Assembly (NCBI GenBank): GCA_032251145.1
Contig: JAVVER010000001.1
Span: 17,629 to 81,628 of the forward strand
Direction of reading: 5' to 3'
Length of the DNA: 64,000 nt
DNA from: Vicingaceae bacterium
Lineage (GTDB): Bacteria > Bacteroidota > Bacteroidia > Flavobacteriales_E > Vicingaceae
The position numbers and the translations under genes were made by a program. Within the stretch, counting starts at the first letter, position 1; each line of letters begins with the position of its first letter. Below the pieces are notes generated by a model, which was given only the letters and a program-made list of their open reading frames with translations, searched no databases and had not been told where the DNA came from. Of the stretch, positions 9,163 through 18,153 are shown one piece after another.

Positions 9163-9992
9163 ATTGTAAATTTCAATTAATTGCCATTTTTATTGGCTTG
9201 TTCTTCTCTTGCTCCTCTCCGCAACCCGAAAATGAAGAACCAATAACTGAAAAACAAGAAGAAGTTAAAGAAACTCCTAAACGAAAGTTTCCCAATGCTC
9301 TTGAAAACGGAAAGTTTTTAACAGTTGATGACAAACGCATGATGTATGGAGGAGAAGATTCTACTTGGCATTTTGATGTTTCTAATTTAACCTTAAAAGA
9401 AGAAAACTTTCATTTTGGAATTGGAAGAGAAAGGTTTCATGCACTTATCAAACCCGAATATATTTCTATAGAAGAAGCCGAAAAAGATACCGCTATTACT
9501 GATTCTTCACGGTTCTTATTTGTAAATATTAATGGCGATGTTCGTGCTTACAGTGTTGATTTATTAACCCACCACGAAATTGTAAACGATGTAGTAGGCG
9601 GAGAACCAATTATGGCTGCTTATTGTGTTTTGGCGGATTTGGGAGCTATTTATACCCGTAAACTTGGTGGCAAAGTGTTTACATTTGCGTTAAGCGGTTA
9701 TACCTATTTTGATGAAGAAGTTTGGGATGGGTTAGATGGTTTTGTTTTTTGGGATAGAGAAACCGAAAGCACTTGGTGGCCACTTATCGGGAAAGCTGTT
9801 TCAGGACCTATGCTTGAAACCAACTTAATAGAATACAATAAAGAAAGTTGGGAAGACATCACTTGGGCAGCAATTAAAGCCAAAAACATTCCTGATGTAA
9901 AAGTGCTAAAAAGTGGTCAAACTATGGAGCCACCTAAAACCTGGAAAAAATTTACCGAAAAAGACATAAAGGAAATTAAAGCTACTCTATGA
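9159..9992 (+). CDS. lipoprotein, possibly DUF3179 family
   Basis: Lipobox LFFSC. ATGA overlap with the anti-sigma gene. The family call is from memory of similar Bacteroidota proteins and was not verified. Confidence 0.4.
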   Translation: MNCKFQLIAIFIGLFFSCSSPQPENEEPITEKQEEVKETPKRKFPNALENGKFLTVDDKRMMYGGEDSTWHFDVSNLTLKEENFHFGIGRERFHALIKPEYISIEEAEKDTAITDSSRFLFVNINGDVRAYSVDLLTHHEIVNDVVGGEPIMAAYCVLADLGAIYTRKLGGKVFTFALSGYTYFDEEVWDGLDGFVFWDRETESTWWPLIGKAVSGPMLETNLIEYNKESWEDITWAAIKAKNIPDVKVLKSGQTMEPPKTWKKFTEKDIKEIKATL

Positions 9993-10360
9993 GTGTGGAG
10001 TTAATTTTTATTTACAATGCAAAATCAGGTTCTGTAAATTCCCTTATCGATATTTCGCATAAAATAATTTCTCCTTCAACTTACCCATGTTCTTTATGCT
10101 CCATTACTCATGGTAATTTCGGAGCAAAAGAACAATGGAAAAACTTTTTAAATGAGTTGAACGTAAATGCTACTTTTTTATACAAAAACCAACTCCAAAA
10201 AATAAGTTTTAAACCCAATCAAGTGCCGTGCGTCTTACTTAAAACCGAGCAAGAAAATATTCAAGAAATTATCACTGCTGAAGAACTAAACAGTTTTTCA
10301 ACATTATCAGAATTGATAACTGTTTTAAAATTGAGTTTATCTAAATTAAATGCTGAATAG
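9989..10360 (+). CDS. hypothetical small protein with a CxxC motif
   Basis: 123 aa, contains PCSLCSITHG. ATGA overlap with the upstream gene. Confidence 0.5.
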   Translation: MSVELIFIYNAKSGSVNSLIDISHKIISPSTYPCSLCSITHGNFGAKEQWKNFLNELNVNATFLYKNQLQKISFKPNQVPCVLLKTEQENIQEIITAEELNSFSTLSELITVLKLSLSKLNAE

Positions 10361-11246
10361 AAACTTGAAACATTTCAATAAAATAACAACCGCATTTGTT
10401 TTAACTAGTTTTTTAATAAGCTCATTTTTTTCATGCAAAAATGCTGACCCAGAAAATACTGAAATGCACCGACTGTGTGGTGCAGATTTTTGTTCGGCAA
10501 ATGGAGGTTATGAATTAACAACCCTTTTAGAAGACTCATTTATTTATCCTCCTGTTAAATTTGCAGTTCAGTTAATAAATGCCACTTCCACTAACAACAA
10601 TACCATTAACCCTAAAAATATTGAAAGTGAATTGAATTATGTTTTTAAAGAGGCAAACCTTTCATTCTTTGTTAACCCACACATTCATTTCTTACAAACC
10701 AATCACAATATCGACACCATTTTTAATGACAACACTATTAGAGATGCCATTTTACAGCAGTTTAACACTAAAAACAACATCAATATTTATATAGTAGCAA
10801 AAGGAAAATCGCTAAACGGTTACACCAATGTGTTGACAGAAAATTTTAACAGGTACAAAAATTCTCCTTTTAATTATCTGTTTATTAATGAAAAAGCCTT
10901 GTTCAATGGGAATACCATTCAACATGAGGTGGGGCATTTTTTCGGATTACAACACACTTTTGGTAAAAGTCCGGTAGAATTAAGTACCGATGAATTGCCT
11001 GATGGAACTAACTGTAAAGAATCGGGTGATTATGTTTGTGACACTCCTTCCGACCCTAATGGAAAAATTGATCAAAATTGCAACTTTTTAGGACTACATG
11101 ATGGCTCTGAATATCCTGTTAATCCTGATATCCATAATTTCATGAGTTACTACCCTTCTCACTGCAAAATGAAATTTTCATCTCTACAATATAAACTGAT
11201 GCACAATTTTGCCAACAAATACCGTAAATATCTCTCTACTTTATAG
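10350..11246 (+). CDS. metzincin zinc metalloprotease lipoprotein (M43/pappalysin-like)
   Basis: HEVGHFFGLQH matches the HExxHxxGxxH motif. Lipobox FFSC, and a Cys-rich C-terminal part. Confidence 0.7.
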   Translation: MLNRNLKHFNKITTAFVLTSFLISSFFSCKNADPENTEMHRLCGADFCSANGGYELTTLLEDSFIYPPVKFAVQLINATSTNNNTINPKNIESELNYVFKEANLSFFVNPHIHFLQTNHNIDTIFNDNTIRDAILQQFNTKNNINIYIVAKGKSLNGYTNVLTENFNRYKNSPFNYLFINEKALFNGNTIQHEVGHFFGLQHTFGKSPVELSTDELPDGTNCKESGDYVCDTPSDPNGKIDQNCNFLGLHDGSEYPVNPDIHNFMSYYPSHCKMKFSSLQYKLMHNFANKYRKYLSTL

Positions 11247-11300
11247 ACTTTTGTAAGGAATTTAAATTTATATCGACTAATCTTTTAAACTTTTTTAATT

Positions 11301-11636
11301 ATGGCAAATAACTATTACGATTCATCCGATTTAAAAAAATTTGGCGAAATAACCGAATGGAGCGAAGAACTAGGAGATAAGTTTTTCGAATATTACGGTA
11401 AAGTATTTGAAGAAGGTGCTTTATCTGCTCGTGAAAAATCATTAATTGCCTTAGCAGTTTCGCATGTAGTACATTGTCCGTATTGCATAGATGCTTACAC
11501 CAAAGATGGTTTGCAGCGAGGCATTACTAAAGAAGAAATGATGGAAGCCGTGCATGTTGGAGCTGCCATTCAAAGTGGTGCAACATTGGTACACGGTGTT
11601 CAAATGATGAATAAACACAAAAAACTTTCGATGTAA
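11301..11636 (+). CDS. arsenosugar biosynthesis-associated AhpD/CMD peroxidase-like protein
   Basis: 111 aa, CMD fold with HCPYC. Lies directly upstream of the ArsS-type radical SAM gene. Confidence 0.7.
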   Translation: MANNYYDSSDLKKFGEITEWSEELGDKFFEYYGKVFEEGALSAREKSLIALAVSHVVHCPYCIDAYTKDGLQRGITKEEMMEAVHVGAAIQSGATLVHGVQMMNKHKKLSM

Positions 11637-11639
11637 TTT

Positions 11640-12695
11640 ATGGCTACAAAATCATTGTTTGCAAGAAATAATAAACTCTCCGAACCCAAAGAACAATTGC
11701 GGTTTCTTTCTAATGGCATTTTTGCCGATGGAAAATTACCCTTGTTTGCCGAAAAATTGAAATCAAGCAAACAATTTCCGCTAAAACCCAACACCATAGA
11801 AATTCTGCAAATCAATGTTGGCTATATGTGCAATCAGGTTTGTGCCCATTGCCATGTAGATGCTGGTCCCGACCGTAAAGAAATTATGACCCGTGAAACC
11901 ATGCAGCAATGTTTGGATGTGATAAAAAATACCGGAGCTCATACACTCGATTTAACTGGTGGAGCACCCGAAATGAACCCAAATTTTAGATGGTTTGTTG
12001 AGGAAGCCTCAAAAATTGGTGTTAAGGATTTTATTGTTCGCTCCAATTTAACCATTATTCGCTCCAACCCAAAGTATTACGATTTGCCGGAGTTTTTCAA
12101 AAAACACAACATTCATGTAGTTTCTTCCATGCCACATTATACGCAAGACATGACCGACAGACAAAGAGGTAGCGGTGTTTTTAAGCTATCCATTAAAGCG
12201 TTGGAAGAACTAAATGCTGTGGGTTATGGAAAAGAAGGTAGCGGCTTACAACTCGATTTAGTGTATAACCCAACAGGGGCTTTTCTTCCTGCCGACCAAC
12301 AAGCATTGGAAAACGATTTTAAAAAAGCTTTAAAACGAGATTTCAATATTGAGTTTAACAACCTTTTTGCCATTACTAACTTACCCATAAGTCGCTTTTT
12401 GGAATACTTAATTGCTTCCGATAATTATGAAGAGTATATGTATGCGTTGGTAGAAGCATTTAACCCAACGGCTGTTGCTAATGTAATGTGTAAAAATACC
12501 ATTTCAGTAAGTTGGGACGGTTATTTGTACGATTGCGATTTTAACCAAATGTTAGATTTAAAAGTGGCAAGCAAAGTGCAGCACATTTCAGCATACAACG
12601 AAAAAATGCTACAAAACAGAGAAATTATTACTTCGCAACATTGTTATGGTTGCACTGCCGGGGCTGGTAGTAGTTGCCAAGGGAGTGTTGCCTAA
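11640..12695 (+). CDS. arsS: arsenosugar biosynthesis radical SAM protein ArsS
   Basis: CNQVCAHC (CxxxCxxC) radical SAM cluster plus the Cys-rich C-terminus CYGCTAGAGSSCQGS typical of the rSAM/Cys-rich (TIGR04167-type) family. Confidence 0.75.
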   Translation: MATKSLFARNNKLSEPKEQLRFLSNGIFADGKLPLFAEKLKSSKQFPLKPNTIEILQINVGYMCNQVCAHCHVDAGPDRKEIMTRETMQQCLDVIKNTGAHTLDLTGGAPEMNPNFRWFVEEASKIGVKDFIVRSNLTIIRSNPKYYDLPEFFKKHNIHVVSSMPHYTQDMTDRQRGSGVFKLSIKALEELNAVGYGKEGSGLQLDLVYNPTGAFLPADQQALENDFKKALKRDFNIEFNNLFAITNLPISRFLEYLIASDNYEEYMYALVEAFNPTAVANVMCKNTISVSWDGYLYDCDFNQMLDLKVASKVQHISAYNEKMLQNREIITSQHCYGCTAGAGSSCQGSVA

Positions 12696-12773
12696 AGAAA
12701 CAAAACATTAAGAAGTTAAGGGACATTAAGAAAAACATTTCATCAACTTAATGCCTTAATGGTAAAAAGAAAA
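12696..12773 (+). repeat. TTAAG/CTTAA triple-palindrome intergenic repeat, copy R1
   Basis: AGAAACAAAACATTAAGAAGTTAAGGGACATTAAG...CTTAATGCCTTAATGGTAAAAAG. Related copies at 32894-32970, 40531-40680, 46604-46680, 47098-47172 and 47209-47244. Confidence 0.8.
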
Positions 12774-13271
12774 ATGAAAAGAATAACTTACATATTATTA
12801 TTCCTAATAAACATGCAACAAACCATGGCTCAAAATACAGCATTTAAAAAAGTGTTAGACGACCATATTGCTCAAACTGTTCCTGTTATTTCGGTGGATT
12901 CTTTACACCAACACTTTGCTGAATTCACCGTTTTAGATACTCGTGAAATAGAAGAATTTGAGGTAAGCCACATCAAAAATGCTATTCATGTTGGATACAA
13001 TAATTTTTCCATCAAAAAAGTAAGTAAAGAAATCTCAACCAATAAACCCATTGTAGTTTACTGCTCTATTGGTTACCGAAGCGAAAAAATAGGGGAACAA
13101 CTTCAGAAAAAAGGGTATAACGTATATAACTTATACGGAGGAATTTTTCATTGGACTAACCAAGGTTATGAAGTAGTAAATTCAACAAAAAAAACGACTA
13201 AAAAAGTGCATGGCTACGATAAAAATTGGGGGATATGGCTAACGAAATCGGAGGTAGTTTATGGAAAATAA
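12774..13271 (+). CDS. secreted rhodanese-domain protein
   Basis: Active-site loop VVYCSIGYRSE and a signal peptide. The track start at 12759 lies inside repeat R1, so I prefer ATG at 12774 (MKRITYILLFL). Confidence 0.7.
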   Translation: MKRITYILLFLINMQQTMAQNTAFKKVLDDHIAQTVPVISVDSLHQHFAEFTVLDTREIEEFEVSHIKNAIHVGYNNFSIKKVSKEISTNKPIVVYCSIGYRSEKIGEQLQKKGYNVYNLYGGIFHWTNQGYEVVNSTKKTTKKVHGYDKNWGIWLTKSEVVYGK

Positions 13272-13908
13272 AAACTTACTTGTCGTTTTTGTAAAAAACA
13301 TCCGACTTGGGAAGGTAAAAACGCGTCTTGCCCAAACCATTGGCAATGAAAACGCTTTTTTAATCTATAAAGAACTGGTGAAAATTACCGAAAAAGCTAC
13401 CCAACAGCTTCAAAATTGTACTATTCAAATTTATTTTTCTGATGAAATTGAAGAAACCCAATGGGATAATTGTAAAAAATTTATTCAACAAGGCAATGAT
13501 TTAGGCGAAAAAATGCAACATGCTTTTCAGCAAGGGTTTACATCAGGATATGAAAAAATTGTTTTAATCGGTTCTGATTTGCCTGCTATTTCTGCATCCA
13601 TTATTCAACAAGGATTTGATGCATTAAATAGCAACGACATTGTTTTTGGTCCTGCCGAAGATGGAGGGTATTACCTTGTTGGGATGAATAAACTTCATCC
13701 TACTATTTTCCAAAACAAACCATGGAGCAATGAAGAATTATTATCGGTAACACTAAAGGAATTGTCAGGTTATAAACTACAACTGCTTCCATTTTTAAAC
13801 GATATAGATGTATATGAAGACCTAAAAAAACACCCTTTATTACTTCAACTAATTGAAAACCCCGAAACTTTAAACTTTAAACTTCAAACCTCAAACAATA
13901 AAATATGA
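13261..13908 (+). CDS. DUF2064 / TIGR04282-type arsenosugar-associated glycosyltransferase-like protein
   Basis: 215 aa with a nucleotide-diphospho-sugar transferase-like N-terminus (LVVFVKNIRLGKVKTRLA) and a DGGYYL motif. Overlaps its neighbours on both sides. Confidence 0.6.
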   Translation: MENKNLLVVFVKNIRLGKVKTRLAQTIGNENAFLIYKELVKITEKATQQLQNCTIQIYFSDEIEETQWDNCKKFIQQGNDLGEKMQHAFQQGFTSGYEKIVLIGSDLPAISASIIQQGFDALNSNDIVFGPAEDGGYYLVGMNKLHPTIFQNKPWSNEELLSVTLKELSGYKLQLLPFLNDIDVYEDLKKHPLLLQLIENPETLNFKLQTSNNKI

Positions 13909-14873
13909 GTTATTTAGAAACTACCAAAAATGTATATAAAGATGCCGCATTAACTCCTGATGTAGGCTTATGCTGTACTACCAACCCTATTTGGGAATTG
14001 CCTGGTTTAAAAATCCCAGTAATTATGCAACAAATGAATTACGGTTGTGGAAGCACTGTGCATGCCCGAGATTTAACCAACAATCCTAAAATTTTATATG
14101 TTGGCGTTGGTGGCGGAATGGAATTATTGCAGTTCGCCTATTTCTCTAGGCAAAATGCCGGAGTGGTAGGTGTTGATGTGGTAGATGAAATGCTAGAAGC
14201 TTCTAAAAAGAATTTTGTGGAAGCCGAAGAACTTAATCCTTGGTTTAAAAAAGAATTTGTTGACTTACGAAAGGGCGATGCACTCAACTTACCGTTAGAA
14301 GACAATAGTATAGATGTTGCTGCACAAAATTGTTTGTTCAATATTTTTAAAACAGAAGACTTAAAAAAAGCCATTGCCGAAATGTACCGAGTACTTAAAC
14401 CTCACGGCAGGTTGGTAATGAGCGACCCTACTTGCGAACAAACCATGAACGAAACACTAAGAAACGATGATCGATTAAGAGCCTTGTGTTTAAGCGGCAG
14501 CCTTCCCATCAAAGAATATATAAAAATGCTTACCGATGCCGGTTTTGGTACCATAGAAATTAGAGCCAGAAAACCTTACCGAATTTTATCGCCCAACCAT
14601 TATCCTACCGAAGAAATCATTTACATTGAGTCGATTGAAGTAGCAGCCATAAAAGACCCTATGCCCCAAGATGGCCCTTGTGTTTTTACTGGAAAAACTG
14701 CTATTTATTTTGGCAATGAGGATTTTTTCGATGATAAAAAAGGACACGTATTAATGCAAAATCAACCCTTGGCAGTTTGCGATAAAACCGCCCAAGCACT
14801 AAAAGATTTAGGTAAAAACGATATTTTTATCAGCGAAGCTACTTTTCATTATGATGGTGGAGGATGTTGTTAA
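13905..14873 (+). CDS. arsM: SAM-dependent arsenite methyltransferase
   Basis: SAM motif I (ILYVGVGGGMEL), N-terminal Cys pair (GLCC), and further conserved Cys (NCLFN, DPTC). Sits in the arsS context. Confidence 0.7.
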   Translation: MSYLETTKNVYKDAALTPDVGLCCTTNPIWELPGLKIPVIMQQMNYGCGSTVHARDLTNNPKILYVGVGGGMELLQFAYFSRQNAGVVGVDVVDEMLEASKKNFVEAEELNPWFKKEFVDLRKGDALNLPLEDNSIDVAAQNCLFNIFKTEDLKKAIAEMYRVLKPHGRLVMSDPTCEQTMNETLRNDDRLRALCLSGSLPIKEYIKMLTDAGFGTIEIRARKPYRILSPNHYPTEEIIYIESIEVAAIKDPMPQDGPCVFTGKTAIYFGNEDFFDDKKGHVLMQNQPLAVCDKTAQALKDLGKNDIFISEATFHYDGGGCC

Positions 14874-14884
14874 AATAAAAAAAT

Positions 14885-15997
14885 ATGATTTTAATTACAC
14901 TAATTATAGCCGTTTTATTTCTCTCTTACAGTAATGGAGCAAACGACAATTTTAAAGGTGTTGCTACATTATTCGGAAGTAAAACTACTAGCTACAAAAA
15001 AGCTATTTCTTGGGCATCTGTAACTACGTTTGCAGGTTCTATAGCAGCCATATTTTTAGCCCAAACATTAGTAAAAAACTTCTCCGGAAAAGGGCTTGTC
15101 CCTGATGAACTTATCCAAAATCCTGCTTTTGCCATTTCTATTGCTTTAGGAGCTGCATTAACTGTTTTTATTGCGACTAAAATTGGCATGCCCATTTCTA
15201 CTACACACGCTTTAGTTGGAGGACTTTTTGGAAGTGGAGTAATGGCTATCGGAACAGCTTTTAACTTTGCTAAATTGGGAAATACTTTTTTAATGCCGTT
15301 AATCGTTAGTCCGCTATTAGCAGCTTCACTTAGTTTAATCGTATATTTAATTTTTCGTAAAGCCAGAGTTGCGTTGGGTATAACCAAAGAAAGTTGTGTT
15401 TGTGTGTCAGAAAAACAAACCGTAATTCAAACCAATGATTTAAGTATAGCTTCTTCTCCAAACAACCAAATTGAATTTGCAAGTTGCAAGAAAGTTACCT
15501 CAGAGTTTTACGAAGGAACCATTTTTGGCATTACTGCACAAAAAATATTAGACTTACTCCATTTTTTCAGCTCAGGAGTAGTAAGTTTTGCACGTGGATT
15601 AAACGATACCCCTAAAATTGTAGGGTTATTAGTTGTTGTAAATACAATTAATATAGAGCTGGGCATGTTCCTAGTCGCTGTTGTTATGGTAATAGGCGGA
15701 TTATTAAATGCCAAAAAAGTGGGTGTTTTAATGAGTAAAAAAATTACACCAATGAACCACGGTCAAGGATTTACTGCCAATATGATAACAGGATTGTTGG
15801 TAACTACTGCCAGTATTCACGGTTTACCCGTTTCTACAACACATGTTTCAGTAGGGTCAATTTTTGGTATTGGTACAGTTACAAAAAAAGCAGACCTAAA
15901 AGTAATTTACAAAATTTTATTATCTTGGTTGTTAACACTTCCGATTGCAGCATTGTTGAGTGCAGTTTGTTATTGGGCACTAAATAATTATTTTTAA
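14885..15997 (+). CDS. PiT-family inorganic phosphate (and possibly arsenate) transporter
   Basis: 370 aa, polytopic. GANDNFKGVAT and a second GLNDTPK signature, the duplicated PHO4 motif. Confidence 0.8.
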   Translation: MILITLIIAVLFLSYSNGANDNFKGVATLFGSKTTSYKKAISWASVTTFAGSIAAIFLAQTLVKNFSGKGLVPDELIQNPAFAISIALGAALTVFIATKIGMPISTTHALVGGLFGSGVMAIGTAFNFAKLGNTFLMPLIVSPLLAASLSLIVYLIFRKARVALGITKESCVCVSEKQTVIQTNDLSIASSPNNQIEFASCKKVTSEFYEGTIFGITAQKILDLLHFFSSGVVSFARGLNDTPKIVGLLVVVNTINIELGMFLVAVVMVIGGLLNAKKVGVLMSKKITPMNHGQGFTANMITGLLVTTASIHGLPVSTTHVSVGSIFGIGTVTKKADLKVIYKILLSWLLTLPIAALLSAVCYWALNNYF

Positions 15998-16821
15998 TGA
16001 TGAGGTTGTTTTTTATATCCTTTTTATTACCGATAACTTTAGTATTTCATGTTAAAGCCCAAAGCCCATGGACGAAAGAAAAAGGCAAAGCCTATATTCA
16101 GTTGGGAGCTTCGGGTATTTTTTTTAATAAGGCCCGAATAAATGGAGATAAAGTAACTTTAGGTGAAGATTTTTCTGACATCACGGTTCAAGCTTACACA
16201 GAATATGGTATTACCAACAAGTTAGAAGCTCAAGCTGTTTTGCCTTATAAATTTTTGTATTCCAAAAACAAAGCATCTTCTACTACCAACAATTACAACA
16301 ATTTAGGAAACATCACGTTAGGGTTAAAATATTTGCTTTCAGACAAAAAATGGAAGTTAAGTGCAGGAGTTCAATATTCTCCTAAAACAAGTTCTTTTGA
16401 TAACAATTCAGGCTTTAGCACAGGATTTAATGCACATACCGTTTTGCCTTATATTACGATTGGTTCAAGCAAAGGAAAATGGTATTATTTTGGAAATATC
16501 GGTTATGGTTATCTTAACAATAATTATTCAGATTATTTACGTTTAGTGCTTGAAGCTGGATATAAATTTTCGGAAAAAGGCTATTTAATTTTTGCTGTTG
16601 ACACTAGAAACATCATCAATAAAGAAGCAGCTTTTTTAAATGACACCAATCAATCTATTTTTTATCTCGATCAACAAAATTATTATGGTGTTGGGTTAAA
16701 AGTAAATTATGAGTTTAAAAAGGATAAATTTGGCATCAATTCTTCTGTTTTTGGAGGAATAGATAACGATAATGTTGCCTTAGCTCCATCTTTTAATTTT
16801 GGGGTTTATGTTAAACTGTAG
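15997..16821 (+). CDS. outer-membrane beta-barrel protein, unknown function
   Basis: Signal peptide and alternating Tyr/Gly-rich strands. ATGA overlap with the PiT gene. Confidence 0.5.
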   Translation: MMRLFFISFLLPITLVFHVKAQSPWTKEKGKAYIQLGASGIFFNKARINGDKVTLGEDFSDITVQAYTEYGITNKLEAQAVLPYKFLYSKNKASSTTNNYNNLGNITLGLKYLLSDKKWKLSAGVQYSPKTSSFDNNSGFSTGFNAHTVLPYITIGSSKGKWYYFGNIGYGYLNNNYSDYLRLVLEAGYKFSEKGYLIFAVDTRNIINKEAAFLNDTNQSIFYLDQQNYYGVGLKVNYEFKKDKFGINSSVFGGIDNDNVALAPSFNFGVYVKL

Positions 16822-16824
16822 CAA

Positions 16825-17706
16825 ATGAATAACTACATTGATATAATTTCCAATTCGTACTCAGGTTATTGGAATTACCTGAAAAACGAAATCATGCTCA
16901 AAAATTCGTGGGATAATTACTTCTATGGGTTAATTATTATTTCGGCTATAGTGTTCTTATTAGAATTAATCTTTCCATGGCGAAAAAATCAACCCGTTAT
17001 TCGTAAAGATTTTTGGCTTGATACCTTTTACATGTTTTTCAACTTCTTTTTACTGAATTTAATTGTTTTTATAGCTCTTTCCAATGTGGCTGAACAACTT
17101 TTTAACGATTTTTTAGGCTTTTTCGGGATAACAGTAAACAGCTTTCAACTCATAGATATTGATGCGTTACCTAAAGTAATTGGACTGTTTATTTTCTTTG
17201 TTGTTAGTGATTTTATGCAATGGAACACCCACCGTTTGCTGCACCAATTTAATTTTTTATGGAATTTTCATAAAGTGCATCATTCGGTAAAACAAATGGG
17301 GTTTGCTGCCCACCTTCGCTACCATTGGATGGAACCTGTTATGTATAAATCATTGTTGTACATTCCCATTGCTTTAATTGGTGGGTTTGACGCTCAAGAT
17401 GTTGCCATTGTTCACTTTTTTGCCATTACTATTGGTCATCTTAATCATGCCAATATTGGTTGGGATTATGGAATTTTTAAATACATTTTAAACAATCCAA
17501 AAATGCATATATGGCATCACGCCAAGCAGCTTCCGGAAAATTTTAAAACCGGAGTAAATTATGGTATTTCTTTAAGTATTTGGGATTACCTTTTTAAAAC
17601 CAATTATATTCCTCACAGCGGAAAAGACATCGAACTCGGTTTTGAAAATGACGAGCAATTTCCTACCGATTTTATTCATCAGGAACTTTATCCGATGAAA
17701 AAATAA
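16825..17706 (+). CDS. fatty acid hydroxylase / sterol desaturase family membrane protein
   Basis: Histidine boxes HRLLH, HKVHH and HIWHH, with four or more TM segments. Confidence 0.75.
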   Translation: MNNYIDIISNSYSGYWNYLKNEIMLKNSWDNYFYGLIIISAIVFLLELIFPWRKNQPVIRKDFWLDTFYMFFNFFLLNLIVFIALSNVAEQLFNDFLGFFGITVNSFQLIDIDALPKVIGLFIFFVVSDFMQWNTHRLLHQFNFLWNFHKVHHSVKQMGFAAHLRYHWMEPVMYKSLLYIPIALIGGFDAQDVAIVHFFAITIGHLNHANIGWDYGIFKYILNNPKMHIWHHAKQLPENFKTGVNYGISLSIWDYLFKTNYIPHSGKDIELGFENDEQFPTDFIHQELYPMKK

Positions 17707-17713
17707 CTTTATT

Positions 17714-17737
17714 TTATTTAAGCATTTGCTTAAATAA
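17714..17737. promoter_or_regulatory. perfect 11-2-11 palindrome, candidate ArsR/SmtB operator overlapping the promoter
   Basis: TTATTTAAGCA-TT-TGCTTAAATAA. TTTG at 17725-17728 (within the palindrome) and TATCTTTG at 17752-17759 form -33/-7 boxes upstream of the ATG at 17779. Confidence 0.5.
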
Positions 17738-17778
17738 TTAATTTATTTTTATATCTTTGCATTATAAAGCATATAAAA

Positions 17779-18153
17779 ATGGAAAAAAATCAGTCGTGTT
17801 CAAGAATATTTGCCGATGAAAAGCAAATCAACAATTGTAAAATAAAGTTGCAAACCAACTCAAATGCCTTTGAGCAATTAAGCAGTCTGTTGGCTCTTGC
17901 AGGAAATGAAGTTCGATTGAAAATTTTGTTTTTGTTAGAAGAAGAACATGAACTTTGTCCTTGCGATATTGCTGATATGTTGGAAATGAGTATTCCTGCT
18001 ATTTCGCAACACCTTCGTAAATTGAAAGATGGAAACGTATTGCAGACCAGACGCTCGGGGCAGACTATTTATTATTCGCTTAAAGCAGAAAACTTAGCAT
18101 TGTTACAACCTTTTTTTCAACATATCAAGAACCCTGAAAAAGTTGCACTATGA
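17779..18153 (+). CDS. ArsR/SmtB family metalloregulator
   Basis: 124 aa, winged HTH (ISQHLRKLKDGNVL). ELCPCD metal-sensing Cys pair in helix 3. Confidence 0.8.
   Translation: MEKNQSCSRIFADEKQINNCKIKLQTNSNAFEQLSSLLALAGNEVRLKILFLLEEEHELCPCDIADMLEMSIPAISQHLRKLKDGNVLQTRRSGQTIYYSLKAENLALLQPFFQHIKNPEKVAL

Noticed and set aside
12759-12773. ATG codons supplied by the conserved CCTTAATGG end of the intergenic repeat, which extend three ORFs (12759, 32907, 40543). I asked whether the repeat could encode a functional N-terminal MVK/MVG/MIE peptide.
   Set aside because: Only 3 of 6 copies are in frame with the downstream gene, and the others hit stops within 6-14 codons. In each in-frame case a downstream Met begins a normal signal peptide. 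I treat these as ORF-calling artefacts.
14992-15387. 131-aa ORF antisense to the PiT transporter gene. The same applies to many other track ORFs of 60-150 aa lying inside longer genes on the opposite strand or in another frame. Examples: 588-797, 1163-1393, 3344-3592, 3746-3958, 7589-7798, 8413-8810, 14138-14374, 15508-15714, 20740-21036, 23394-23820, 25043-25384, 26255-26596, 28629-28853, 29538-30007, 35722-35946, 38704-38901, 40047-40364, 41134-41376, 45853-46468, 50013-50201, 52931-53242, 54075-54420.
   Set aside because: Each is fully embedded in a longer ORF with recognisable family motifs. Their composition is low-complexity or shadow-frame-like with no motifs. Such shadow ORFs are expected in AT-rich DNA.
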